Shown: piece after piece, positions 17,372-28,085 of the stretch
How positions within the stretch are numbered: the first letter of the stretch is position 1
Layout: each line of letters starts with the position of its first letter
Virus record (IMG/VR): IMGVR_UViG_3300028864_000014
Span: 171,319-235,318 of that record
DNA length: 64,000 nt
Direction: 5' to 3' (one strand)
Position numbers and translations under genes: made by a program
The notes under the pieces: model-generated
Database searches by the model: none
What the model was told of the DNA's origin: nothing
What the model saw: the letters and a program-made list of their open reading frames with translations, nothing else

Positions 17372-17578
17372 ATTTTTATATTTCTTATTTTTAATATAAT
17401 ATGTTTTTTGTTTTATAAAAAAATAAAAACATTAAGACGTATAGATTTATATAAGAATAAAATATCTTATTATAAAGATTTATTATATAAAGATTATATT
17501 ACTCTACGTGAGAAAAAAGAATACAATAAAGAAATTAGTAAATATTCAAGATTATTAAAATTGAAATTGTTAAAATAA
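17372..17578 (+). pseudogene. start-less frame encoding TM segment + basic C-terminus
   Basis: IFIFLIFNIICFLFYKK...SRLLKLKLLK*; nearest ATG (17368) is out of frame. Confidence 0.35.
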
Positions 17579-17583
17579 AAATT

Positions 17584-17970
17584 ATGAAAATCAAAAAAGA
17601 AGATTTAAAGATGTATTTAAAAGTTATTGAAACTTTTCAATTGATGTCATTGTTTGCGATTATTGTCACATATATTCTTGATTTTAAACATATTCAATTA
17701 AATTCAATGAATTATATCACAGATTCAATTATTATTCAATTGTCAATGCTTATTATTCCTGTATTATCTTGTTTGGTTTTTTATTTTTTAAAACATCATT
17801 ATGATAATAAATATGAAGAATTCAGAAAAAATATTCCTGAATATGTTTATAAAAATGAATATTATTCAACAGAGCCTTTATCAGATAAGTCTGAAAAAAT
17901 AAAAATAACCAACATAAAGGAAAAATGTAATATAAATGGTTATGGATATTATGATCCTAATAACTCTTAA
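17584..17970 (+). CDS. membrane protein with IPEYVY/INGYG C-domain
   Basis: two TM segments then domain shared with next ORF. Confidence 0.75.
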   Translation: MKIKKEDLKMYLKVIETFQLMSLFAIIVTYILDFKHIQLNSMNYITDSIIIQLSMLIIPVLSCLVFYFLKHHYDNKYEEFRKNIPEYVYKNEYYSTEPLSDKSEKIKITNIKEKCNINGYGYYDPNNS

Positions 17971-17973
17971 TAT

Positions 17974-18183
17974 ATGATAACAACTAATAGTTTAAATATT
18001 CCTGAATATGTTTATATGCACAGTGTTGTACATAATAAAGAAACAATTTCATCAGCATCATCATTTGATGACGGCTTAATTATAATATCAATTAAGCCTT
18101 TAAATGATGATGCAATAAAGGTAAAATTAACAACTATTAAAAAGAAGTGTTATATTAATGGTTATGGTATTTATGAACCATAA
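17974..18183 (+). CDS. soluble paralog of previous C-domain
   Basis: IPEYVY...KKCYINGYGIYEP. Confidence 0.75.
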   Translation: MITTNSLNIPEYVYMHSVVHNKETISSASSFDDGLIIISIKPLNDDAIKVKLTTIKKKCYINGYGIYEP

Positions 18184-18197
18184 AAAATATTAAAAAT

Positions 18198-18569
18198 ATG
18201 AATTATTGTTGGATTAGATTTGAACTTGATTTATTTAATCATAAGCAAAAAATTTTAAAATCATTAGGCACTGATGATATAGAATATGAATTGAAAAAAC
18301 GCAAAGAATCTGATATTTACGTTAAAGATAGAAGTATTTTATATACAGAAATAGATTTAGAATTGAGTGATTATGATTCAGAGATATTATATGACTTGAC
18401 TGATGATGAAATGTTAAATGAATTGAAAATAAGGGGTTATAAGGTATTTAACAAAAATGAATATCCATCATTAGATTTGGCTACAAAAGAAGATATTTGC
18501 ACTATTTTAGGATTGAAAAAATGGGCAACAAAAGAGCAAATTTTATCTGAACTAAATATAATATTATGA
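18198..18569 (+). CDS. hypothetical protein
   Basis: 123 aa with internal repeat (TDDIEYELKKR / TDDEMLNELKIRG). Confidence 0.75.
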   Translation: MNYCWIRFELDLFNHKQKILKSLGTDDIEYELKKRKESDIYVKDRSILYTEIDLELSDYDSEILYDLTDDEMLNELKIRGYKVFNKNEYPSLDLATKEDICTILGLKKWATKEQILSELNIIL

Positions 18570-18703
18570 TTATAAACTATAATAAACCATATGTTCATAT
18601 TAGGCAACTATCTAAATCTACAGAATCTGAAATAAAATTTAAGATTAATATGATGTTAAGAAAACAGAAGCTTTTAAATATTAAAAACTGTAATGAAAAC
18701 TGA
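18566..18703 (+). CDS. RKxKL-tagged micro-ORF (45 aa)
   Basis: Hand-read; LRKQKLLNI. Confidence 0.65.
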   Translation: MIINYNKPYVHIRQLSKSTESEIKFKINMMLRKQKLLNIKNCNEN

Positions 18704-18818
18704 AAGTAAAATTGTTCTGAATGCAGTACAGACTTTAAAATATTACTGTTTAATGCTGAAGAATAAAAAAAGAAAACAGAAACTTAAAAAACTGAGTAAT
18801 GTTCAATTTAGGAGATAA
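18693..18818 (+). CDS. RKxKL-tagged micro-ORF (41 aa)
   Basis: Hand-read; KRKQKLKKL. Confidence 0.65.
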   Translation: MKTESKIVLNAVQTLKYYCLMLKNKKRKQKLKKLSNVQFRR

Positions 18819-18986
18819 AATTATTGATAAGTCATTTAGCAATGAAGTTTTTACATTTAAAAAATATAGTGCTAATAATATATTATCCCATTATTTTTTT
18901 ATATATGAAGATGAATATTTTCATTATGTAGATAATTGCATTACATTATCAGAATTTAGAAAACAGAAACTTAAAAAACTGAGTAA
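18771..18986. repeat. exact 29-bp direct repeat encoding the RKQKLKKLS tag
   Basis: AGAAAACAGAAACTTAAAAAACTGAGTAA at 18771-99 and 18958-86. Confidence 0.9.
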
Positions 18987-18993
18987 ATGTTAA
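18799..18993 (+). CDS. RKxKL-tagged micro-ORF (IGDKV subfamily)
   Basis: FNLGDKII; FRKQKLKKL. Confidence 0.75.
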   Translation: MFNLGDKIIDKSFSNEVFTFKKYSANNILSHYFFIYEDEYFHYVDNCITLSEFRKQKLKKLSKC

Positions 18994-19175
18994 GAAAAGG
19001 AGATGTATTAAGGTACAGATATGACGATAATAAGATTGTTACATTTGATTCTTATGTACTTGATGATCCTAATTTCTTTTTCACTCAAGAAATTCCAGGT
19101 ATGTTTAATTATATTCCTAATTTTATAACAGCATCTGAAATTAGAAAGCATAAATTAGAAAAACTAAATAAATGA
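18987..19175 (+). CDS. RKxKL-tagged micro-ORF (IGDKV subfamily)
   Basis: LRKGDVL; IRKHKLEKL. Confidence 0.75.
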   Translation: MLRKGDVLRYRYDDNKIVTFDSYVLDDPNFFFTQEIPGMFNYIPNFITASEIRKHKLEKLNK

Positions 19176-19417
19176 TACAAAATATAGACATTAAAAATAT
19201 TCATATTAATGATACTGTTATTGCAGTTAATATAGGTAACACTAGTTTAGAATTAAATAAAAAATATTATATTAAAGAAATTGATTATTTTCATAGTATA
19301 GAGCAATACTATTTTAAATTATATCATATGGGAGATGAAGGATTTTTAATTAGTAGATTTGATATTGATTTGAATGATATTAGAAAAAATAAATTAGAAA
19401 AAATAAATAAATGCTAA
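19172..19417 (+). CDS. RKxKL-tagged micro-ORF (IGDKV subfamily)
   Basis: INDTVIAV; RFDIDLNDIRKNKLEKI. Confidence 0.75.
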   Translation: MIQNIDIKNIHINDTVIAVNIGNTSLELNKKYYIKEIDYFHSIEQYYFKLYHMGDEGFLISRFDIDLNDIRKNKLEKINKC

Positions 19418-19659
19418 AACCAATTGATATTAAAAATATACAAGTCAATTCTGAAGTTGTTGCAGTTTCTACTGATATGAGCAATTTAGAAATTGGTAAA
19501 ATATATAAAATCAAAGAAATTGTTCACATAGAAGAATTTAATGTATATCAATTTAAACTTTTCAAAATGAGAGATACTAGATATTTAATAGATAGATTTA
19601 ATTCTGATATTAAATCAATCAGGATGGAAAAATTAAATAAAATATCAAATCATGATTGA
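19411..19659 (+). CDS. RKxKL-tagged micro-ORF (IGDKV subfamily)
   Basis: RFNSDIKSIRMEKLNKI. Confidence 0.75.
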   Translation: MLKPIDIKNIQVNSEVVAVSTDMSNLEIGKIYKIKEIVHIEEFNVYQFKLFKMRDTRYLIDRFNSDIKSIRMEKLNKISNHD

Positions 19660-19888
19660 CATTAAAAAATTAAAAATAGGAAATAAAGTAATTGCAGTCA
19701 ATGTTAATTTTTCTGAATTAATATTAAATAAAAAATACACAATTAGTTATATTGATGTTTGTGATAATTCATGTAATGACCGAATTAGATTGATTGAGAC
19801 TGGTAATAAGTTATATTATGATTTTAGATTTGATATTGATTTAAACTACATCCGAAAGGAAAAATTAAATAAAATATCAAATGATTAA
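19652..19888 (+). CDS. RKxKL-tagged micro-ORF (IGDKV subfamily)
   Basis: KIGNKVIAV; RFDIDLNYIRKEKLNKI. Confidence 0.75.
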   Translation: MIDIKKLKIGNKVIAVNVNFSELILNKKYTISYIDVCDNSCNDRIRLIETGNKLYYDFRFDIDLNYIRKEKLNKISND

Positions 19889-20126
19889 CCTCAAAACATC
19901 AAAAATTGGTGATAAAGTAATTGCTACTGATGTCACTCATTCTTTATTGACATTAAATAAAAAATATACAATTAGTGAAATTATTTATAATAACTCTGAT
20001 TTTGATGACTATAATTTTTGTGTAAGACTTAAAGAAACTGCATTAATTATATATTTTCCGTATAGATTTAAATATGATTTGAAAACATCAAGAAATAAAA
20101 AACTTAAACAACTATGCAAAAAATAA
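19881..20126 (+). CDS. RKxKL-tagged micro-ORF (IGDKV subfamily)
   Basis: KIGDKVIA; RFKYDLKTSRNKKLKQL. Confidence 0.75.
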   Translation: MINLKTSKIGDKVIATDVTHSLLTLNKKYTISEIIYNNSDFDDYNFCVRLKETALIIYFPYRFKYDLKTSRNKKLKQLCKK

Positions 20127-20365
20127 AATCTTTTAAAATTGGAGATAAAGTTATTGTTATTGATGATAGTAATAACAATTTAATTCTGACTAAAAAATAT
20201 ACAATTAGTGGAGTTTTTCATAGAGAATCATTAGATAATATTCCTGAACATAATCATTATTTAACATTCATAGAGTCTGGTGAACAAAAATATTTCAGTT
20301 ATAGATTTGATTTTGATTTAAAAACATCAAGAAAGAAAAAAATTGAAATCTTATGTCAAAAATAA
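20114..20365 (+). CDS. RKxKL-tagged micro-ORF (IGDKV subfamily)
   Basis: KIGDKVIV; RFDFDLKTSRKKKIEIL. Confidence 0.75.
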   Translation: MQKIKSFKIGDKVIVIDDSNNNLILTKKYTISGVFHRESLDNIPEHNHYLTFIESGEQKYFSYRFDFDLKTSRKKKIEILCQK

Positions 20366-20604
20366 AAATTGAATATTTGAAAATTGGTGATGATGTAGTT
20401 GTAATTAATAATAACAATACAATATTAGAATTTGGTAAAAAATATAAAATTAAACAAATTCATTTCAGTGTAAAATTTAATAAATATTACTTATCATTAG
20501 TAGGAAATTCCGATTTGAGATATAAAATTAAACGATTCAAATTAGATATTAAAACTGAAAGAAAACAAAAAATAGATAAACTTAAAGAATATGAAAGTAT
20601 ATAA
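20353..20604 (+). CDS. RKxKL-tagged micro-ORF (IGDKV subfamily)
   Basis: KIGDDVVV; RFKLDIKTERKQKIDKL. Confidence 0.75.
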   Translation: MSKIKIEYLKIGDDVVVINNNNTILEFGKKYKIKQIHFSVKFNKYYLSLVGNSDLRYKIKRFKLDIKTERKQKIDKLKEYESI

Positions 20605-20887
20605 AATTTACGAAATATCATATAGATATGGAGATGAACAAACCCCAGATGAAACGATCTTCACAACACCAGAAGTTAGAGATGAGTATTTTAAAGAACT
20701 TCTTAAAATTAGCAAAGAAAATGATCGTCTAACTGAAAGATTAGATTCAACAACAGAAAATGAATTTGTATTTGATGATGGCGGTAAATGGTCATATGAA
20801 ACTAAAAAATCAGATGAAGATATGAAAATAATTGAATCATTTACCATTAATGAAAAAGGATTGTTTAGGTTTTCATATATGAAATAA
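20591..20887 (+). CDS. hypothetical acidic protein
   Basis: 98 aa coupled ORF. Confidence 0.7.
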   Translation: MKVYKIYEISYRYGDEQTPDETIFTTPEVRDEYFKELLKISKENDRLTERLDSTTENEFVFDDGGKWSYETKKSDEDMKIIESFTINEKGLFRFSYMK

Positions 20888-20888
20888 T

Positions 20889-21137
20889 ATGGTAATTGAT
20901 AAACAATTTGGAATATGGGATTATAATGTTTCAACTTTATTAGATGATTTAGCATATTTCTTCTGTATTCAAGATTTTCATTCTGAAAATTATTATGAAG
21001 AGAAAATACCAACACAAAATCAATTTATTAAATGGTATAAGAGAAGTGATTATGGAATTAAAATGTATAAAAAAGCAAATAAATATCATTATAGAGAATT
21101 AATAAAACAAAAAATAGAAACTTTGAATAACATATAA
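20889..21137 (+). CDS. micro-ORF of IDKxxGxW subfamily (degenerate tag)
   Basis: IDKQFGIW, LLDDLAYFF, LIKQKIETL. Confidence 0.75.
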   Translation: MVIDKQFGIWDYNVSTLLDDLAYFFCIQDFHSENYYEEKIPTQNQFIKWYKRSDYGIKMYKKANKYHYRELIKQKIETLNNI

Positions 21138-21139
21138 TA

Positions 21140-21259
21140 ATGTCAGAAACTACAGATCAAATAAAATTATTAAGAGAATTGGCAATTAAACTTCACAAGA
21201 AATTTGTCAATAATATCAGAAAAAATAAATTACAAAAACTAAATGATAAGTTATGCTGA
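21140..21259 (+). CDS. RKxKL-tagged micro-ORF (39 aa)
   Basis: Hand-read; IRKNKLQKL. Confidence 0.65.
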   Translation: MSETTDQIKLLRELAIKLHKKFVNNIRKNKLQKLNDKLC

Positions 21260-21390
21260 TTAGTAAAAAAATAAATGGAGTTCCAGATATTGATAAAAAA
21301 ATCTTAGAAGAATTTACAAGGAAAATGAATAAACATTTCCGTAATAAAGATAGGAAAGAAAAATTAAATAAATTAAATGAAAAAAGATAA
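21253..21390 (+). CDS. RKxKL-tagged micro-ORF (45 aa)
   Basis: Hand-read; DRKEKLNKL. Confidence 0.65.
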   Translation: MLISKKINGVPDIDKKILEEFTRKMNKHFRNKDRKEKLNKLNEKR

Positions 21391-21559
21391 AACATTTGCA
21401 TGGTTTCCATTATTGACAGAAGATAATGAATTGATTTGGCTAAAACATCTAAACGTAGAAGATAAACATTTTGAGCACAATTTTGAATTTTGGTGGTTTG
21501 GCGAATATATGAATTTATGTATTGGTTATAATAGAAATGTGTTTTCTAAAATAAAATAA
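21377..21559 (+). CDS. hypothetical phage protein
   Basis: FAWFP..T.DNELIWLK pattern. Confidence 0.7.
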   Translation: MKKDKTFAWFPLLTEDNELIWLKHLNVEDKHFEHNFEFWWFGEYMNLCIGYNRNVFSKIK

Positions 21560-21561
21560 TA

Positions 21562-21759
21562 ATGGCAGCATCAAAAACAAAAGTTAAAATAGACGATGGT
21601 ATTTATAATGCTATTTGGATATCAGATAATTTAACTATATTATCTAATGATAATAAAGAATTAGTTACAATTAAATCTATTATGAGAATAATTGGTGATA
21701 ATCTTCAAAAAGAAAAAGTTGAGATAATAAAAGGTATTGTGAGTTTTTACTATAAATAA
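21562..21759 (+). CDS. hypothetical protein (tandem pair, copy 1)
   Basis: IDDGIYNAIW...LTILS. Confidence 0.75.
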   Translation: MAASKTKVKIDDGIYNAIWISDNLTILSNDNKELVTIKSIMRIIGDNLQKEKVEIIKGIVSFYYK

Positions 21760-21768
21760 AAAATAAAT

Positions 21769-21972
21769 ATGAAAAACAGTTTATCAAAAAGAAATGTAGA
21801 TATTAAAAATGGAGAGTACAATGCTCTTTGGAGTGGATATGAGTTAGAAATATTATCAAATGAAGATGTGTCAGATGATATATTAGCAATCATTCCAACT
21901 ATCAATGGAGTGAGAGGGATGAACTGTAAGGTTCGAGTTGAGGTTATTGATGGATTAGTTTATGAGTTATAA
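21769..21972 (+). CDS. hypothetical protein (tandem pair, copy 2)
   Basis: IKNGEYNALW...LEILS. Confidence 0.75.
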   Translation: MKNSLSKRNVDIKNGEYNALWSGYELEILSNEDVSDDILAIIPTINGVRGMNCKVRVEVIDGLVYEL

Positions 21973-22100
21973 AAATATTAAATAAATAGATAAATAGAAA
22001 TATTTAACTATTTATTTTTCTTTATATGATAACTATTTACTATCTTCGTAATATATCAAAATCGTTTTTTATCTAGTATAAATTATCAAATCTTTATAAT

Positions 22101-22349
22101 ATGAAAGCAAAAAAAGTAAATTCTGTTTTCCCTATAAATTTCAATTATAAAAAATCAGTTGATGCATTTGATAATTATATTAAATCTAATAGTGATTGGA
22201 TTAAATTCAAAAACAAATATAAAATTCCAGATAAATATATCACAGATGAAAATAAAGATTTATTTATTTTCATGAAAAATTCTGGATTGAACGCTGAACA
22301 AGCATTTTTAAGTAAAATTAAAGAAATAGAAAATATATGCAAAAAATAA
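22101..22349 (+). CDS. hypothetical protein
   Basis: 82 aa after variant -7 element TATCTTCG (22041-48). Confidence 0.7.
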   Translation: MKAKKVNSVFPINFNYKKSVDAFDNYIKSNSDWIKFKNKYKIPDKYITDENKDLFIFMKNSGLNAEQAFLSKIKEIENICKK

Positions 22350-22504
22350 CAAGTTTGTTAGACATCAATTATATTATTAATAATAAAGTTGATTTAAAAG
22401 ACGATAGAGGTTATGTGATACCTTTTATGAGATTTATGAGTTATTCATTAATTCAAGTTGTTAGATTAATTAATTCTGGAAATCATACATACAATTTAAA
22501 ATAA
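22337..22504 (+). CDS. hypothetical protein (55 aa)
   Basis: Hand-read coupled ORF. Confidence 0.6.
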   Translation: MQKITSLLDINYIINNKVDLKDDRGYVIPFMRFMSYSLIQVVRLINSGNHTYNLK

Positions 22505-22506
22505 AT

Positions 22507-22737
22507 ATGCGGAAAGGAAAAATTTTTACATCTGAAATGGTTAAAAATGGAGTTTTTGAAAAAGTAAAAAATAGACTTGATATCATAACTGTCAATTATC
22601 ACATCAAAAATAATATAATATATTTTGATGAAAAAGAATTGATAAAATTACCTACTTATGAAAAAGAATATTATATTCCATATGATGATGAAACTGGATA
22701 TAGTATATATACAATACACGAAAAAGATTTAATATAA
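22507..22737 (+). CDS. hypothetical protein
   Basis: 76 aa. Confidence 0.7.
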   Translation: MRKGKIFTSEMVKNGVFEKVKNRLDIITVNYHIKNNIIYFDEKELIKLPTYEKEYYIPYDDETGYSIYTIHEKDLI

Positions 22738-22742
22738 AAATA

Positions 22743-23159
22743 ATGGAAAAAGAAGAATTAATAACATTTGAGACCGCAAATTTAGCAAAGAAAAAAGGCT
22801 ATAACATACCAAGTAAATATTATTTCGAAGACCTTACTGATTGCATTTTCAGCGAAGAAAACAAAGAAGACTCAATATTTGAAAGTAGATTTGAACATCC
22901 AAATATATATGCAAGACCTACACAATCAGAACTACAATCTTGGCTAAGAAAACAAAAACAGATTTTTTTAGAGATTGATACTGATTGTACAACAGCTCCT
23001 AAATTTTGCTTTAGTATCGATAAATTTATTGGTAATCCATTGGACTTAACTGAAAAAGAATGGTGCTGGTATCATCACAAAGATTTTGAATTTTCACTTT
23101 ATAGAAAATATGAAGAAGCCTTTGAATATGGACTTAAAGAAGCACTTAAAATTATATAA
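22743..23159 (+). CDS. conserved hypothetical protein typical of Bacteroidota phages
   Basis: ITFETANLAKKKG, RPTQSELQSWLR, YEEAFEYGLKEALK (pattern recalled, not searched). Confidence 0.7.
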   Translation: MEKEELITFETANLAKKKGYNIPSKYYFEDLTDCIFSEENKEDSIFESRFEHPNIYARPTQSELQSWLRKQKQIFLEIDTDCTTAPKFCFSIDKFIGNPLDLTEKEWCWYHHKDFEFSLYRKYEEAFEYGLKEALKII

Positions 23160-23162
23160 ATT

Positions 23163-23681
23163 ATGAATGAAAACGATTGTGTTTTAATAAAAAACAAAGA
23201 TTTAGAAGCACTAAAAGAACCTTATTATGTTGCTAAAAAAGAATTTGATTTATCACTAAAAGAACAAAAAAAATTATATCAGGAGGAAGAAACAAAACTA
23301 CGTAATGAAATTTACGAGTTAAAAATGAAAATAAAAAATAATCCTCCTTCTATTGATCCAATGAAAATTAAAATTATTTTTGAGGATTATAATCGTGAAC
23401 GTAATTATAATGATCGTACTACTCCTTATAATTATATTGACCCAGTTAATATAAAATTAGATCAACCTTTACATAGACAAATCAATAGAATACTTTCTAG
23501 TTTTTCTGAAAAATTGTTTAATAAATCAATTGAAAAATCAGAAGAAATAAAGAAAATTAATATTAAAACATTAACAGAAGAAGTACAAAAGAAATGTTAC
23601 ACTGAAGTTTCAAACATGGAGTACTTTGAAAGAAGAAACTTTTTAAAGAAATTTAAAATTAAACGAACAGAAAAAGTATGA
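23163..23681 (+). CDS. coiled-coil hypothetical protein
   Basis: 172 aa, E/K-rich heptads. Confidence 0.75.
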   Translation: MNENDCVLIKNKDLEALKEPYYVAKKEFDLSLKEQKKLYQEEETKLRNEIYELKMKIKNNPPSIDPMKIKIIFEDYNRERNYNDRTTPYNYIDPVNIKLDQPLHRQINRILSSFSEKLFNKSIEKSEEIKKINIKTLTEEVQKKCYTEVSNMEYFERRNFLKKFKIKRTEKV

Positions 23682-23977
23682 AAAAACTAAAAATATATTG
23701 TGGAGTAACAATCGAAGATTTGTGTGATAAACAACGTCATCCTTTAACTGAAGTAATAAATGCTGAATTTTTAGTTAGAAATTTGAAAGATAAATCAGAT
23801 GGTATTGCATATTCAAATAGTCCAGACTTTGTATCAACTGTTAAACATTTATCTTATAAGTATAATATTGAAACTGAGTTCTTCCTTGATGGAATTTCAA
23901 CTGGTGAAGACATAGATGATATATTTGAAGACTTTAATAAATCATATGAATTAATGGATAAACTAATAGAACAATAA
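23678..23977 (+). CDS. hypothetical protein
   Basis: 99 aa coupled ORF. Confidence 0.75.
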   Translation: MKKLKIYCGVTIEDLCDKQRHPLTEVINAEFLVRNLKDKSDGIAYSNSPDFVSTVKHLSYKYNIETEFFLDGISTGEDIDDIFEDFNKSYELMDKLIEQ

Positions 23978-23978
23978 A

Positions 23979-24110
23979 ATGAACAATGAATTTAATTTAA
24001 AAAAATTACAAGAAGTAAGTAGTATTGTAATGTTTATTTATTTGTGGTCCCTTACAAAAGAGGATCACAATAATAAAAATAATCATAATGAAGAAGAAGA
24101 AGGATATTGA
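23979..24110 (+). CDS. small hypothetical protein (43 aa)
   Basis: Hand-read, last ORF before terminator. Confidence 0.5.
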   Translation: MNNEFNLKKLQEVSSIVMFIYLWSLTKEDHNNKNNHNEEEEGY

Positions 24111-24134
24111 CTTTTTTTCGAAATAAAAATGATT

Positions 24135-24170
24135 AAAAAAAGAGAGCAAATTAATTTGCTCTCTTTTTTT
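24135..24170. terminator. bidirectional terminator / perfect 36-bp palindrome (GAGAGC class)
   Basis: AAAAAAAGAGAGCAAATT|AATTTGCTCTCTTTTTTT between convergent genes. Confidence 0.85.
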
Positions 24171-24173
24171 TTG

Positions 24174-26069
<1,896 letters not shown>

Positions 26070-26121
26070 TTATTATTATTTTTATTGTATATATTAAATA
26101 ATAAAATTGAAAAAATGAATA

Positions 26122-26154
26122 AAAAAAGAGAGCAAATTATTTGCTCTCTTTTTT
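26122..26154. terminator. palindrome nearly identical to 24135-24170
   Basis: AAAAAAGAGAGCAAAT-t-ATTTGCTCTCTTTTTT. Confidence 0.85.
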
Positions 26155-26584
26155 ATCTAATTGAATAATCAATTATTTTTAATTCTTTGAATGATTTTAA
26201 TAATAGAATTTTATTCATCTCATGATCATAATAACCAAAATAATTATAATCATTAAATTCCTTCTTATTGATTAATATTTTCTCAATTAATATATTTATC
26301 TTATACTCATTTTCATTATAATTCGATTCTAAAAAATTCCAAATATATTTATGATCACACCAAATGAATTTATTGTCTGTATCTTGAATGAATAAACATT
26401 CTCCATTTATTTTATGATTTAATAAATCATCATTAGAAATATTATTCAATTTTAATAATTTATTTTTCCTTATATAAGATTCATCATAATACCAATAAAT
26501 TTGATGATATAAATTTTCACTAACCACTGGATAACATGACAACAATTTGTCTAATAACCAATTTCTTAAATCATCTGTTGACAT
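26153..26584 (-). CDS. Family X paralog (dispersed copy)
   Basis: NWLLDKLLSCYPV..YWYYDESYIRKNKLLKLNN..CLFIQD..WNFLESNY. Confidence 0.8.
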   Translation of the reverse strand: MSTDDLRNWLLDKLLSCYPVVSENLYHQIYWYYDESYIRKNKLLKLNNISNDDLLNHKINGECLFIQDTDNKFIWCDHKYIWNFLESNYNENEYKINILIEKILINKKEFNDYNYFGYYDHEMNKILLLKSFKELKIIDYSIR

Positions 26585-26585
26585 A

Positions 26586-27197
26586 TCAAATATTATTGTC
26601 AGTTTTAAATTTACTTAAATATTCTACTTGCTTGTAATGAGATGAATTAATCAAATCTTTTATGATATAATATACATCAGTAGTAGAATATTTAAGAATA
26701 TTATTTTCAGATTCGATATCAATATTTTTATTTGAAATTTTTATGTCAATTTCTTTTTTTATTTTTTCTTCTTCTTTCTTCTTATTTTCTTTAATACTTA
26801 AAAAATAAACAGACATAAATAAATGATTTAATTCAACTATACTATTTTTAGTTATAATATTTTTATCACTACTACCAATAATTTTACTTGAATCATCTTT
26901 ACCCCAATAAAACTCTTTACCTCTAATATCTACTATATATTCGACATGATTTCCTATTATATCTAATCTTAGAACCTTTGCTATTATATTGGCTGTGCTT
27001 GGATAATATGAATAAATCCAATCACCTGGTACTACATCAGATTCATCATCTAAAACATACATATTAAAATTATTATTTTTAACATCAAGATATCTCTTTG
27101 ATGCAAAATAATTATTATTTATGTCAGTATGCACATAAGACTTACCAATAGTAGGTAATATAACTATATCAGTATATTCTTCAATTTGTTTCATCAT
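26586..27197 (-). CDS. hypothetical protein
   Basis: 203 aa. Confidence 0.75.
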   Translation of the reverse strand: MMKQIEEYTDIVILPTIGKSYVHTDINNNYFASKRYLDVKNNNFNMYVLDDESDVVPGDWIYSYYPSTANIIAKVLRLDIIGNHVEYIVDIRGKEFYWGKDDSSKIIGSSDKNIITKNSIVELNHLFMSVYFLSIKENKKKEEEKIKKEIDIKISNKNIDIESENNILKYSTTDVYYIIKDLINSSHYKQVEYLSKFKTDNNI

Positions 27198-27547
27198 TTA
27201 ATTTTTTTATTAGAAAACTTAACTTTTATTCTCTGAAGTAAATTTAACTTATTATTATATTCTGATTTATATTTATTCATATCTCCAATATTATATATAT
27301 TAAGAGTGTTTTCTTCACTCATTATGTCCCTGTCAAATTTATAAACTTTCAACTGAATCAATATAAAAGAAAACTGAATAATGATAAATAGCCATGCAAT
27401 TAATCTTATTGTATTATTATTTGTGAATGTTGCAATTATATTTAATATAATTGATATTAAACAACAAACCCAAGTCATTAAAACATAAACTGGTTGCTTC
27501 TTAACAAATACTAAAATTTTCTTCATAACTAATAAAAAATTCTTCAT
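27194..27547 (-). CDS. two-TM membrane protein
   Basis: start moved to ATG 27547; TATATTTG -7 element at 27563-70 (minus). Confidence 0.7.
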   Translation of the reverse strand: MKNFLLVMKKILVFVKKQPVYVLMTWVCCLISIILNIIATFTNNNTIRLIAWLFIIIQFSFILIQLKVYKFDRDIMSEENTLNIYNIGDMNKYKSEYNNKLNLLQRIKVKFSNKKIK

Positions 27548-27607
27548 AATATATATTTTGTGCAAATATACTAATTAAATTTCAAATATGAAAACATATT
27601 TATAAAA

Positions 27608-27635
27608 AAAGAGAGATAAATTATTATCTCTCTTT
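27608..27635. terminator. GAGAG-class terminator
   Basis: AAAGAGAGATAA-atta-TTATCTCTCTTT. Confidence 0.75.
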
Positions 27636-27752
27636 AATTTGTTGTTTCTTATGAACAACTATGCTTTCTTGGCTTTGTCAAAGTTCGTGATGTTTTATAT
27701 CATCACAAATTAACTACATTAATTTATATCTCTATTTTATTTAAAAGTTTAA

Positions 27753-28085
27753 TTAAATGTTGAATTTGTTAGTATCAAATATATTCTTTAATTCTTCTTT
27801 GTTCTTGGACCAATTGATTATTTCAAATCTTGAAAATGGTATTGTATTTGAATATTTATAATCTCTAACATTTTTATATTTTCTTAAAGAATCTGGAACG
27901 TTAATGAAATGTACTTGATAAGGTTCTACTCTATTATCTTCATTATCAATTCCTATTATTTTTCCTATTTGATTACTAAGATATAAATTCAAATCAGGAC
28001 TATATTTGGTATTACAAATTACATAATCACCAACTTCTGGTTCTCCTTCATTAAAAGATTCGTATAGTTTAAATCCTGTTATCAT
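27753..28085 (-). CDS. late SH3/KOW-like protein with KxxE N-terminus and NKFNI C-terminus (copy 3)
   Basis: MITGFKLYESFNEGEPEVGDYVI...DTNKFNI. Confidence 0.8.
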   Translation of the reverse strand: MITGFKLYESFNEGEPEVGDYVICNTKYSPDLNLYLSNQIGKIIGIDNEDNRVEPYQVHFINVPDSLRKYKNVRDYKYSNTIPFSRFEIINWSKNKEELKNIFDTNKFNI

